A stretch of DNA of 64,000 bases from Candidatus Latescibacterota bacterium. Lineage in GTDB: Bacteria > Latescibacterota > UBA2968 > UBA8231. Positions 39,080 to 48,591 of the stretch are shown in pieces. The stretch lies in assembly GCA_965243025.1 (NCBI GenBank), contig CBDETY010000003.1, forward strand, positions 6,304,001-6,368,000, in the 5' to 3' direction. The notes under the pieces were generated by a model, which did not search any database, had not been told where the DNA came from, and saw nothing but the letters and a program-made list of their open reading frames with translations. The translations under genes and the position numbers were made by a program. Position 1 is the first letter of the stretch. Every line of letters begins with the position of its first letter.

Positions 39080-39884
39080 GTGCGCGAATTGACCAGAAAC
39101 GGTATTGAAGCGGGCCTTCGCAGGCTCGGATTGAAGGAAGGCGTTACAGTTGAAGTTCATTGTTCATTGAGCAGTTTGGGCCATGTAGAAGGGGGGAGCT
39201 GTAACTGTTGTCGATGCCCTGATGAGTGTCGTGGGAAAAACCGGATCGTTGTTGATGTCCAACTATCCGCTCGCCTTGGTCCCTTTGACCCCTGAAGAGA
39301 GGGGGAAAGGGATAGGTTGGAAACTCAGGAAACTTCCCGAGAATTCACACGAGAGAACGGTGACAGGCGCTGTTTCAAACGAGTTTCGCTTCAGACCTGA
39401 CGTGGTATGCGGTTCCGGGATCCATCGTGTCTGCGCCTGGGGACGGGATGCGGAATTGCACGCCAGGGGATACCGACACCTGCTCGAAGTTGATGGACTG
39501 GTACTTCTGGTTGGTGTAGAAATAGATCGATGTTCCAGCATGCATCTCGCCGACCGGGTGAAGATCACCAGGCAAGCCGGGGAGCGGATGAATGCCTTCT
39601 GGCCTGATGCAGGGTCCGAAATCACGGACGCAGTCAGACAGGAATATCCTTCAGATATTGTCATTGGCCCCTGGGAAGGGGTATCTGGAGGTCCGTGGGA
39701 GAACGCCAGGCACGAAGCCGAGAGGCGTGGACTGATCAAGAGAGGTGAGATCGGTCAGGCAGCCTGCTTGCTCTTCAGGGCCAGGGATCTGGTCGCTCTG
39801 ATCGAGGAAGTCCGCAAATCCGGACCTTTCCCAGTCGGCGTCAGAAAAAATGCTGAAAAAGAAGGAATAGTCCGTTGTCGATAG
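39080..39884 (+). pseudogene. AAC(3) family N-acetyltransferase, frameshift in G6 run at 39191-39196
   Basis: LRRLGLKEG..VEVHCSLSSLGHVEGG, then a shifted frame AVTVVDALMSVVG..G.LLM; TGAV, VLLVGV...CSSMHLAD. Confidence 0.75.
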
Positions 39885-40618
39885 AATCTCCTGAGGATTT
39901 CGAAGGCCTTGCGCGGGCAGGACAGGTGGTAGCCGCCACGTTGAAGGAAATGGAGGGTGCCGTTCGGGCGGGAGCAACCACTGCGGAGGTCGATCGCGCT
40001 GGTGAGTTGGTGCTCAACCGGTACGGGGCAAGGTCCGCACCTCAGGTGATTTACGGTTTTCCTGGCGTAAACCTTATCAGCGTCAATGACGAGATCGTTC
40101 ACGGTATTCCGGGGGAGCGGGTGTTCGAGCCCGGTGACATTGTAAGCCTGGATGTCACCGCCGAACTGAAGGGCTACATCGCAGACGCAGCAATCACGGT
40201 CCCGATTCCTCCATGCTCCGCCAAAGCTGCCAGATTGTGCCAGTGTTCCCGTGAGGCGTTGAAAAAGGCGGTGGCGGTAGCTCGAGCAAACAAACCGATA
40301 AATTGCATCGGCCATGCAGTCGAGCAGGAGGTTAAGCGGCAAGGATTCTGGGTTGTGAGTGAGCTTTCCGGGCACGGGGTAGGTCGGGTTATCCATGAAG
40401 ACCCCATCGTTGCGAACACCTGCGATCCCCTCGATTCGAAGCCGCTGACCAATGGTCTTGTGATCACCATCGAACCTCTGATTTCCGAGCGCCCGGCCCG
40501 AGCTGTTGAAGATCCCGACGGTTGGACCGTGAGAACCTCTAACGGCGCTCTTTCTGCTCATTTTGAGCATACTGTCGTAATTACCGACGACAGGCCTGTT
40601 TTGCTGACTGCACTCTGA
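39875..40618 (+). CDS. map: Type I methionyl aminopeptidase
   Basis: ISVNDEIVHGIP, GDIVSLD, GYIAD, GHGVG..IHEDP, TIEP, SAHFEHT. Confidence 0.92.
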   Translation: MSIESPEDFEGLARAGQVVAATLKEMEGAVRAGATTAEVDRAGELVLNRYGARSAPQVIYGFPGVNLISVNDEIVHGIPGERVFEPGDIVSLDVTAELKGYIADAAITVPIPPCSAKAARLCQCSREALKKAVAVARANKPINCIGHAVEQEVKRQGFWVVSELSGHGVGRVIHEDPIVANTCDPLDSKPLTNGLVITIEPLISERPARAVEDPDGWTVRTSNGALSAHFEHTVVITDDRPVLLTAL

Positions 40619-40758
40619 GCACCTGATTTCTGTAAACATGTCCGTGCCTGGCCGGGGCGTGCCCCTGCGCGACAGGTTTGACCTTCGGGCAGGACCCACA
40701 ACAACAGGGTCGCGCTACGCTGCCATCAGCGGACAGGAAGATTTTGAAGAAAAGCCCA

Positions 40759-41208
40759 ATGCAACCGAACGGCCCAAAGCATATCGTTGCCGCTGGCCTT
40801 CTGGTGACAAAAGGAGACCGGGTCCTTCTCGTGCGAACCCCGCGGAGGGGTTGGGAATTTCCAGGAGGGCAGATTGAGGAGGGGGAGTCTTTGCTCGATG
40901 GCGTCCTTCGCGAAGTAGCGGAGGAAGCCAATGTGCAGGCGACAGCGGATTTTCTCGTAGGTGTCTATTCTAACCTCAGTTTCAGCCGGGTGATCTTCGA
41001 TTTTCTTGGTTCCTGGGTATCGGGAGAGGCCATAACGGGCGAAGAGACCATGGATGTCTGCTGGGCTCAGAAGAGAGAAGCCGTCGAGATGATTGAACAT
41101 CCTGGCTACAGCCGCCGGCTCCAGCAGCTGCTGAAGTTTGACGGACGCGTCCTCTATCAGTCGTACACCAGCAATCCATTTACAGTGCACACCGAAAGGC
41201 TTGTGTAA
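40759..41208 (+). CDS. NUDIX hydrolase
   Basis: WEFPGGQIEEGES....LREVAEE NUDIX box. Confidence 0.88.
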   Translation: MQPNGPKHIVAAGLLVTKGDRVLLVRTPRRGWEFPGGQIEEGESLLDGVLREVAEEANVQATADFLVGVYSNLSFSRVIFDFLGSWVSGEAITGEETMDVCWAQKREAVEMIEHPGYSRRLQQLLKFDGRVLYQSYTSNPFTVHTERLV

Positions 41209-41287
41209 GGATCCTGCCGGGCGTGTTCTCCGATTCGGTTAAGGGCCACCGGAGGATGAGCCGTTTGGGCAGGTGGAGCTGTGAAAG

Positions 41288-41773
41288 ATGAACCTCAACT
41301 TCCCGCTGCCTCAGCAGGACCCCTGTTTCTTTTGCGAGATCGTAGCCGACCCGCAGGTGAATCTTGTTGAGGAGACCAATCTGGTTTTTGCCCGGGTGAA
41401 TGGGCGTCAGTATCTGGAAGGCCAGTGTGTGGTTGTTCCGAAACGGCACGCGCCGACCTTGTTTGACTTGAGTGATCTGGAAATGAACGAGGTTCTCAAG
41501 CTTGCCAGGCGCGTTGGAAGGGCGGTATCTGCCGCCGTCGGAGCGGAAGGTCTGCTTCTCTACCAGAACAATGGCGTAGCGAGCGGTCAGGAGGTTCCGC
41601 ACTTTCACTTGCACGTTGTGCCTCAGTGGATGACAGGTTCTCAAAAGGGCAAATTCCCCCCGCACATATGCCGTTCAGAAGGAATCGTTTATGAGAAGGT
41701 GGGGCCAACTCGCCTCAATGCGGAGGAACTCGCGCAGATGAGCGCCAGGATCCGCGAGCACTTACCGGATTGA
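41288..41773 (+). CDS. HIT family protein
   Basis: CFFC, VVPKRH, NNG..SGQEVPHFHLHVVP. Confidence 0.9.
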   Translation: MNLNFPLPQQDPCFFCEIVADPQVNLVEETNLVFARVNGRQYLEGQCVVVPKRHAPTLFDLSDLEMNEVLKLARRVGRAVSAAVGAEGLLLYQNNGVASGQEVPHFHLHVVPQWMTGSQKGKFPPHICRSEGIVYEKVGPTRLNAEELAQMSARIREHLPD

Positions 41774-41824
41774 TTGTACATATCTGCTAACAACTGGATG
41801 AGGGCGGCATAGGGAAGAAAGACC

Positions 41825-42190
41825 ATGACTGGCCAATTTATAGATGCCAGAACGTTTATCGGAACCACGGTCAAGGTGACCATTGACCGGCCTTTCGGCT
41901 CAAGACATCCTGAAGCCGGCTTCATCTACCCTGTCAATTACGGATTCCTTCACGGCGTGCCATCCCCTGACGGAGAAGACCTGGACGCCTATGTCCTGGG
42001 TGTTTTCCAACCGGTGGAGACATTCACAGGAAAATGTATCGCGGTTATTCAACGATCTGACGATGATGATGACAAGCTCGTTGTCGTACCCGCTGGCAGG
42101 GACTTTTCCGACGAGCAGATTCTGGCTTTGACGGAATTCCAGGAACGGTTTTTCGAGTCATCGGTAACCCGTGAAGTCGTTGCATCCTGA
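41825..42190 (+). CDS. Short family I inorganic pyrophosphatase
   Basis: IDRPFGS.HP, YPVNYG, DGEDLDAYV, DDKL. Confidence 0.85.
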   Translation: MTGQFIDARTFIGTTVKVTIDRPFGSRHPEAGFIYPVNYGFLHGVPSPDGEDLDAYVLGVFQPVETFTGKCIAVIQRSDDDDDKLVVVPAGRDFSDEQILALTEFQERFFESSVTREVVAS

Positions 42191-42349
42191 AGATTGGCTT
42201 CAGGAAGAAAAAGTTCATCTGGCTGCGCCGTAAGGCCCCGCCGGCTGGTTGTCCTTTGGCCTGTGGTCCCGTCGTTGTGCTACGGGTTTGGAAACCGCGA
42301 GACGTTAAAGAAACCTGGGAATGAGGAAGAATCACGCAATAGAGGTCTC

Positions 42350-43360
42350 ATGGCCATTTTCCATACCCTCGTACTGACAACCCTGGTCCTGATTGGACCG
42401 GTTCACGCAGAGAGAAATACCGTGCCGCAAACAGCGACCCAGCAGGACTTCACTCCACGGAACGAGTTCGATTGCCCGTATGTCCAATATGACTTTCCGA
42501 GCGTACTGATCGGGGTAGCCGAATATGACGAAGGACCGACAGGTTGTACGGTGATCGAATTTGCCCACGGCGCCGAGAGTGTTGTCGATGTGCGCGGCGG
42601 GCTGCCTGGAACCGTGATGGGCACCCAGGACGAAGATGGCCACACGAGCGCCATCTGCTTCGCGGGTGGATCACTGCTCGGATTCGAGGCGATCGCTGGA
42701 GTAACTGTGGGACTTACGGCCAGAGATGAGAGTAATCCCCAACCAGTGAGGGGGGCCATCATCTGGGATTTCGGGATGCGGGACAACAGGGTCTATCCGG
42801 ACAAACGGCTCGGTCTCGCAGCCATCGATGCACTCAAGACCGGTACTGCCCCTGTTGGTCCACGCGGCGCAGGCCGTTCCGCCACGGTGGGCAAGTGGCT
42901 GGGGAAGCCGTATCAGCCGGAGGGTGGCGGTCAAGGGGTTGGTTTTTTCAAACTCGGCCAGCTGAGGGTATTGGCCTTGACTGTTGTGAATGCCGTCGGG
43001 GGGATAACGGATCGAACAGGGAATCCGGTTCGGGGTCATCTCGACCCTGGCACCGGGGAAAGAGCGGTGGTCGAAGATTTAATGGACATCCAACCCCGGA
43101 TTGCCCCGGTGAAAGGGAACACAACGCTGACGGCGATCGTAATCAATGCGAAGATGGAACGGGACGATCTCCGTCAAATGGCCAGGGCGGTGCATGCATC
43201 GATGGCGCGCGTCATCCAGCCCTTTCACACTCAAAGTGACGGTGACGTGTTATTCGCCGCGACGACCAATGAAATCGACTCGGAGAAAAACCGGTATGAG
43301 ATCGGGCATTTCGCATCGGAAGTGGTGATGGAAGCGGTCCTGCGATGCTACGGAGATTGA
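42350..43360 (+). CDS. P1/S58 (DmpA-like) peptidase with signal peptide
   Basis: GPTGCTV, DVRGG.PGT, AGGS, VVNAVG, GNTTL, PFHT..DGD. Confidence 0.85.
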   Translation: MAIFHTLVLTTLVLIGPVHAERNTVPQTATQQDFTPRNEFDCPYVQYDFPSVLIGVAEYDEGPTGCTVIEFAHGAESVVDVRGGLPGTVMGTQDEDGHTSAICFAGGSLLGFEAIAGVTVGLTARDESNPQPVRGAIIWDFGMRDNRVYPDKRLGLAAIDALKTGTAPVGPRGAGRSATVGKWLGKPYQPEGGGQGVGFFKLGQLRVLALTVVNAVGGITDRTGNPVRGHLDPGTGERAVVEDLMDIQPRIAPVKGNTTLTAIVINAKMERDDLRQMARAVHASMARVIQPFHTQSDGDVLFAATTNEIDSEKNRYEIGHFASEVVMEAVLRCYGD

Positions 43361-43917
43361 GTCGGGTGATTATCCACATCAACGGCTATCCGGGTGTAGG
43401 CAAGCTGACGATTGCGAAGATACTGGCCGAGAAGCTGGGCGCCCGCCTGTTGGATAACCACAGCATCTACAACGTCGCCCTGGCTTTGACCGAGTTCAAA
43501 TCACCCGAGTATTACGAAACCATCCGTGCCGTTCGGGAGATTGCTTACAAACGGGTGTTGGAGGTTCCTGCCCGCATTCCGGTGATCCTGACAAATGCCC
43601 ACTCCTCCAATAGTGCATGGGGGAACGAGTGCTGGGATGCTGCAATTGACCTGGCTCGTTCACGCGGTGCGAAGCTGTTGATAGTCGTGCTGGAGTGTTC
43701 GCTCGAGGAAAACGCGCGCCGGATCCAGGGGTTGGACCGGGAGGCAAAGCGGAAGCCGCGAGACCCTGCGAGGTTTCGCGGCAATGCGGAGGATCGCCCT
43801 CTCCTGGACCGGGGTGGCGACCATCTCCTGCGTCTGGACGTTACTGAATTGGAAGCGGAAGAGTCCGCTTCGAGAATCGAGGAGTGGGTCCAATCCGTCT
43901 CCGGTGAAGATGCCTGA
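43357..43917 (+). CDS. AAA_33-like P-loop kinase/ATPase
   Basis: IHINGYPGVGKLT, LLDNH, L.C..EEN.RRI; TTG start overlaps the upstream stop. Confidence 0.8.
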   Translation: MSRVIIHINGYPGVGKLTIAKILAEKLGARLLDNHSIYNVALALTEFKSPEYYETIRAVREIAYKRVLEVPARIPVILTNAHSSNSAWGNECWDAAIDLARSRGAKLLIVVLECSLEENARRIQGLDREAKRKPRDPARFRGNAEDRPLLDRGGDHLLRLDVTELEAEESASRIEEWVQSVSGEDA

Positions 43918-44052
43918 GAGCTGGTCGCAGGTCCTTACAGCAACCCGTTTGGCACTGCGAGACATTTGGGGGGCTGGCCTTGGCCAACCCGCATATTAAG
44001 TGAAAACAGTTGCAGAAAATCGGATGAATACTCTGCCCTGAGAGAGCACACG

Positions 44053-44706
44053 GTGGCAACTGGAGTCGCAATTCGGAATTACCGGGCCTCGGATCGTGAA
44101 AATGTGAAACGGTTCGCAGCAGCGGATGAACACGAAAGGCCCGAATACCTGAAAAAGCATCCTCGATTGGGCGATTTCAGGGCGGACGGCCTGGCTCACT
44201 ATTACGATCTGGAACCCGAAAGCTTCTTCGTCGCCGAGTGTAATGGAGAATTTGCAGGCAACCTTCTTGGAGCAGTGGATAGCCTCGTCTCAGAACAGCG
44301 TGAGGAGACGTACACCCGGCGTCTCAGGAGAAGACGGTTGTTGTCGGGGGCGTACGGATTTCCAACCTGGCTTGTTCCAATCATTCGTACAGACCGTGCT
44401 CGCCCTGTGACGGCTCCGCCAGACGTTGACTTGCGCAGGTATCCCGCACATCTGCACATCGGTGTGAAGCGGGAATGGCGGCGGAAGGGTGTGGGCACCT
44501 CGTTGACGAACGCCTTTGAAGACTACCTCCGGACCAGGAACGTACCCGGGTACCATATCTACGCTTCCTCTTACCATCACGAGGGAGTTTCATTTTACCG
44601 GAAGCTCGGTCTTTGCGAAATCGGCGATTTCGAAAGACGCTTTCACGACGGCTTTCAGTGGAAGCAAGTGACCGAGTTTGTCTTCGTCAGGAAACTGATT
44701 GACTGA
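44053..44706 (+). CDS. GNAT family N-acetyltransferase
   Basis: YPAHLHIGV...RRKGVGT, A/V..FYRKLG; start codon uncertain. Confidence 0.82.
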   Translation: MATGVAIRNYRASDRENVKRFAAADEHERPEYLKKHPRLGDFRADGLAHYYDLEPESFFVAECNGEFAGNLLGAVDSLVSEQREETYTRRLRRRRLLSGAYGFPTWLVPIIRTDRARPVTAPPDVDLRRYPAHLHIGVKREWRRKGVGTSLTNAFEDYLRTRNVPGYHIYASSYHHEGVSFYRKLGLCEIGDFERRFHDGFQWKQVTEFVFVRKLID

Positions 44707-44890
44707 GAATCCCGGAGAGCAGACCCTGGACGATTTATTGGCCCCACTAAACGCACTCGTCGAGGCATTCGGGCGGCCCAGGTTTCCTTCCTGGGCGGGT
44801 GCAATTCTCGAACTTGCGGAGACAGGGGAAATCCACTGCCGGTTTGACCGGGTAATGGAAGCTCTGCGAGAGCAATCCAGGGGAAGATGA
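44699..44890 (+). CDS. Small hypothetical protein or gene remnant
   Basis: 63 aa, exactly fills the gap between the GNAT and nucleotidyltransferase genes. Confidence 0.35.
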   Translation: MTENPGEQTLDDLLAPLNALVEAFGRPRFPSWAGAILELAETGEIHCRFDRVMEALREQSRGR

Positions 44891-44891
44891 A

Positions 44892-45428
44892 ATGCCGATG
44901 ACCATCGACAATGTTCACTGGTTTCTCGACCTGTTTGAAGAACTGGGAGTTAAGGCCTGGATTGACGGTGGATGGGGCGTCGACGCCCTGCTGGGTGAAC
45001 CTGTCCGCCCCCACGATGACCTGGACATCATCATAGGGTGGCCGGAGTCACGAACTCTGACCGAAGCTCTCCTGGAGCGTGGATTCGTCGAGGTCGACAC
45101 CGATGACCGAAAGGATCGGAATTTCGTGATGGGACACCCGTCACATGGGCGGATCGATTTCCACGTTATCGAATTATCCGAAGAGGGTGGAGGAATCTAC
45201 GGTCCGGGAGAGATCGACTGGACCATCTCGGAATCGGAGCTGAATGCCGAGGGGACTATTGGCGGGAGGACGGTGCGGTGTCTGTCGGCCGACTACCAGG
45301 TGCGGTCGCATTCCGGATACCCGTTGAAAGCAACGGATTTCGCCGACATGAATGCGCTGCACCAAAGATTCGGGGTCGAACTGTCCGAGGAGCAGAAGGA
45401 AGGGCTATTGCAAAGGAATGGTCGCTAA
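44892..45428 (+). CDS. Lincosamide/aminoglycoside-2''-nucleotidyltransferase-like protein
   Basis: WIDGGWGVDALLG...RPHDDLDI, IDFH, G.IGG..VRCLS...Q..SH.GY. Confidence 0.82.
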   Translation: MPMTIDNVHWFLDLFEELGVKAWIDGGWGVDALLGEPVRPHDDLDIIIGWPESRTLTEALLERGFVEVDTDDRKDRNFVMGHPSHGRIDFHVIELSEEGGGIYGPGEIDWTISESELNAEGTIGGRTVRCLSADYQVRSHSGYPLKATDFADMNALHQRFGVELSEEQKEGLLQRNGR

Positions 45429-46213
45429 GTGCCAGACTCCTCGACGATTCCGAGCAGGCTGTTCCAGCATTTCCAACGTATGGCGCATTCCTTGTAGTGG
45501 TCGCTCTGGCCGACGCCGAGGGGGTTGCCGAATGAAAGGACGTTCCTGGGGTCTTCCCGTTTTCCGTTCCAGTCGGTGGGCGCTTCCATCGCACCGGGAT
45601 CGTGGTTCCAGGTCGGCGACGTGTTGTCCCGGGTCCGTCGGAACAGGAACTTGATCATGTGCCGTTTGGCCGGCGAGCGGTTGGCGGCGGTCCCGTGCCA
45701 GAGATCGTAGTGGGTGAAGGCCATGGTCCCGGCCTTCAGGACCATCGGCACCTGCCCTCTGATATTGGTGTAAGTTGCCATCCTGTCGGTGGGTGCATTG
45801 CGGAACTGCGTACCCGGGACGATGATCGTCGGCCCCATCTCCGGGGTTATGTCGGTCGGGTAATACAGCCCCAGCAGCCGGTCGATGCGCGTTTCCCTGT
45901 TGTTGGTGCTGTCCTGGTGCCAGGACATGTGCCCGGCCCCGGGCTGTTTGCAGTGCCAGTGGCGGTGCCCCTGCACCTCGTAGTCCTCGCCCAGCAGGCT
46001 GACGAGGACGCCCCTTACCCCCGGGTGCTCGATCACCTGCCAGAGCTCCGGCACCACGTCGGTGATGGCGTCTCCGGGATTGGAGGTCAGGCCCTCCAGT
46101 CGATTGGCGATGCTCTCGTTGAGGCCCCCGGGAAGATCGAGCTCGAGCGTGTGATATCCGTTCACGATAAAGCCGGCCATCTCCATGTCGGTGAGCAGAA
46201 GGGCCTTATCCAT
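45425..46213 (-). CDS. PhyH family dioxygenase
   Basis: FIVNGY, WHQD, MGPT..VPGTQ, THYDLWH...N...R; GGAGG RBS. Confidence 0.85.
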   Translation of the reverse strand: MDKALLLTDMEMAGFIVNGYHTLELDLPGGLNESIANRLEGLTSNPGDAITDVVPELWQVIEHPGVRGVLVSLLGEDYEVQGHRHWHCKQPGAGHMSWHQDSTNNRETRIDRLLGLYYPTDITPEMGPTIIVPGTQFRNAPTDRMATYTNIRGQVPMVLKAGTMAFTHYDLWHGTAANRSPAKRHMIKFLFRRTRDNTSPTWNHDPGAMEAPTDWNGKREDPRNVLSFGNPLGVGQSDHYKECAIRWKCWNSLLGIVEESGT

Positions 46214-46505
46214 CCTGAACCTCCTCCAGTTTCTGCAGAATGAACTCGTACCCGACCACGTCGAGATCCCTGTCGTCGATAGGCGCCTGGAGATGGGGGA
46301 ACTGCACGATCTGCCAGCCGTCGACGAGGGCGTCATGGACGGTGCGGTAGGGCCACTCCGGGACATCCGCGGTGATTTCCGCCCGGTACCCCTTGACGGG
46401 CTCGACCGGCGTGTATCCCAGGATTTCCGAGAAAACACTGGGCGTTCGCGCGTGCAGGTAGAGCAACCGCTGCCTTACTCCGCGGTTCGGTTGTGTATCG
46501 GGCAT
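46206..46505 (-). CDS. Small hypothetical protein coupled to the PhyH gene
   Basis: 99 aa: RQRLLYLH, PY.TV.DAL.DGW..VQFP, YEFILQKL. Stop overlaps the PhyH start. Confidence 0.7.
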   Translation of the reverse strand: MPDTQPNRGVRQRLLYLHARTPSVFSEILGYTPVEPVKGYRAEITADVPEWPYRTVHDALVDGWQIVQFPHLQAPIDDRDLDVVGYEFILQKLEEVQDG

Positions 46506-46703
46506 GGTGTATGTTCTGCTTATCCGTCGGACTGCGGGGTGAACGATCCGGAGCTGAACGATTAAAGGTAAGAAGGGATTATTCCATTGCGCACCGGATC
46601 GCCATTCACGGCCACGACCTGATTCGCGTTCGAGGTTGGTGCACTCCTGAACGATTTCGGAAATGGGAAAAGAGCAATCAATAGACTTGAAAAATAACAC
46701 TTC

Positions 46704-47831
46704 ATGACGAAGTTGTTCGGAGTTGGTGAGACGAGGCCGCCGTTCATCCCTGGGCTGGAGCTCGCGGAAGGATTTTTCTCGGAATTGGTGCATCCGATGC
46801 TGGAGACGCACATACCGGACATGCGATTCTCGGCTGCTGTTCTCGGCGGCGGATCAGACGTGTTGGGGTTCGATACCGAAATGTCTGCGGACCACGACTG
46901 GGGACCGCGGGTCATGCTCTTCATCGAGCCGGACGGCTACGAGAAGCACACCCAGACAATTCGAACGCTTGCCATGGAACACTTACCGCTCATGTACAAA
47001 GGCTACCCGGTGCGCATTTATTCGCCGGAGGTTATCGATCCTGGGATACGGATGCGACAGAGGCCGAACGACCCCGGACTTGAGCCACGGATTGAAATCT
47101 TTACGATTCACGACTTTTTCCAGAAGCAGTTGGGAGTTGACCTCGACAAGTCCTTGGTTGCGGCTGACTGGCTGACAATGACACACAACGGCCTGCGTTC
47201 CATTGTGGACGGACGTGTTTTCCGCGACGACCTGGGGCTCCAGGGTGCGCGTGACCGTTTTGTCTGGTACCCACACGATGTCTGGCTCTATGTTCTTGCC
47301 TCCTGCTGGCTGCGGATATACGAAGACGAAACCTTGACCGGAAGGGCAGGCAGTGCAGGCGACAATCTGGGATCGGCGGTGATTGCATGGCGCCTGATCC
47401 GCGACATGATGCGTCTGGCTTTCCTGATGGAGCGCACTTATCCACCATATCCAAAGTGGCTCGGCTCGGCATTTGCGCAGTTGCATTGCGCTTCGGAACT
47501 CCTCCCCTTGTTGGAGCGCGTCGGTGCCGCCTCGGACTGGAGGGATCGCGACCGAGCTCTGGCCGATGCCTATCGCAAGCTCGCGGAGATGCATAACGCA
47601 CTCGAGCTGACGCCACCGGTCCCGTGCGAGCCAACGCGGTGTTCGGAACGACCCTTCACGGTCAGCGGAGCGGGCACGATTGCAGAGGCCCTGCGAAAGG
47701 AAATCCGCGATCCTTCTGTCACAGCGATAGCCGACAGGTGGATGATCGGCAGCATCGACCTGTTCAACGACAGCCACAGTTTGGACGATGATCCGAGACA
47801 AAGACGGCTGCTGTTGAAGCTCTATGAGTGA
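46704..47831 (+). CDS. DUF4037 domain protein (nucleotidyltransferase-like)
   Basis: GGGSDVLGFD.EMS.DHDWGPR, DWL, G.VFRD, YP.DVW, YPPYPKWLG. Confidence 0.85.
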   Translation: MTKLFGVGETRPPFIPGLELAEGFFSELVHPMLETHIPDMRFSAAVLGGGSDVLGFDTEMSADHDWGPRVMLFIEPDGYEKHTQTIRTLAMEHLPLMYKGYPVRIYSPEVIDPGIRMRQRPNDPGLEPRIEIFTIHDFFQKQLGVDLDKSLVAADWLTMTHNGLRSIVDGRVFRDDLGLQGARDRFVWYPHDVWLYVLASCWLRIYEDETLTGRAGSAGDNLGSAVIAWRLIRDMMRLAFLMERTYPPYPKWLGSAFAQLHCASELLPLLERVGAASDWRDRDRALADAYRKLAEMHNALELTPPVPCEPTRCSERPFTVSGAGTIAEALRKEIRDPSVTAIADRWMIGSIDLFNDSHSLDDDPRQRRLLLKLYE

Positions 47832-48056
47832 CTGCGGGGACGACAAGAATCTCTGCTCCCGTTTCAGATATCACAGCAATTCACGCTGCATCCCCCACGC
47901 TCCCTGGGGCTTCGCCAATCCCGCGCTCCCAGGGTTGTGAATCGAGAAGACAATTTCGCCCCAACCGCTTCGCGGTGCGGAGGCACAGAAAGCGTTACAG
48001 GAAATGAAAGGATTATTGAAGGTTGCCCCCTCACATGCACATATAGAGGATAGCCC

Positions 48057-48476
48057 ATGTCGATAACAGGCCGGTGCCTCTGCGGCTCCGTCAGGTACCG
48101 CTCCGAGGCCAGCCCGCAATCAATGACTTACTGCCACTGCGATGACTGCAGACGCATGACGGGAAGCGCCTTCAACGTGGGTGTTGGCATCCCGCCGGAG
48201 GAACTCCATGTCAGTGGGGAGATTCGCGGATATTCGCTCGAAGACGATCACGGCCGCGTTCGGGAGTTCTGTCCTGCTTGCGGATCCCCCTTGTTCACAC
48301 GCTACCCGAACATGGTCTTTATCAAGGCAGGAACAATCGACAATTGTGAATCACTCAAACCGACGCGGCAGATCTGGACTGAAATGGCGGTACCCTGGTC
48401 GGAAATACCTGCCGACATCGAGAGCCACGTTCAGGGCGGCAGAGCAACGAAGTCGAAACGGGAAGCAGGCTGCTGA
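48057..48476 (+). CDS. GFA (CENP-V/Mss4-like) family protein
   Basis: GRCLCGSVRY, CHCDDCRR.TGS, R.FCPACGS. Confidence 0.9.
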   Translation: MSITGRCLCGSVRYRSEASPQSMTYCHCDDCRRMTGSAFNVGVGIPPEELHVSGEIRGYSLEDDHGRVREFCPACGSPLFTRYPNMVFIKAGTIDNCESLKPTRQIWTEMAVPWSEIPADIESHVQGGRATKSKREAGC

Positions 48477-48591
48477 CACGTCAACTTGTGCCGCGCCGCT
48501 TGTGCTCCTCAGCTTTCGGCAACTCCCGGCAAGCCCGGGATTGCCAGGCGGCGGTAACGCGAGGCGGCCGATGGGGTGTGAACCTGCAGCC

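Noticed and set aside
46493-46684. 63-aa ORF upstream of DUF4037
   Set aside because: No RBS or recognisable motif; it may be a remnant but cannot be supported.
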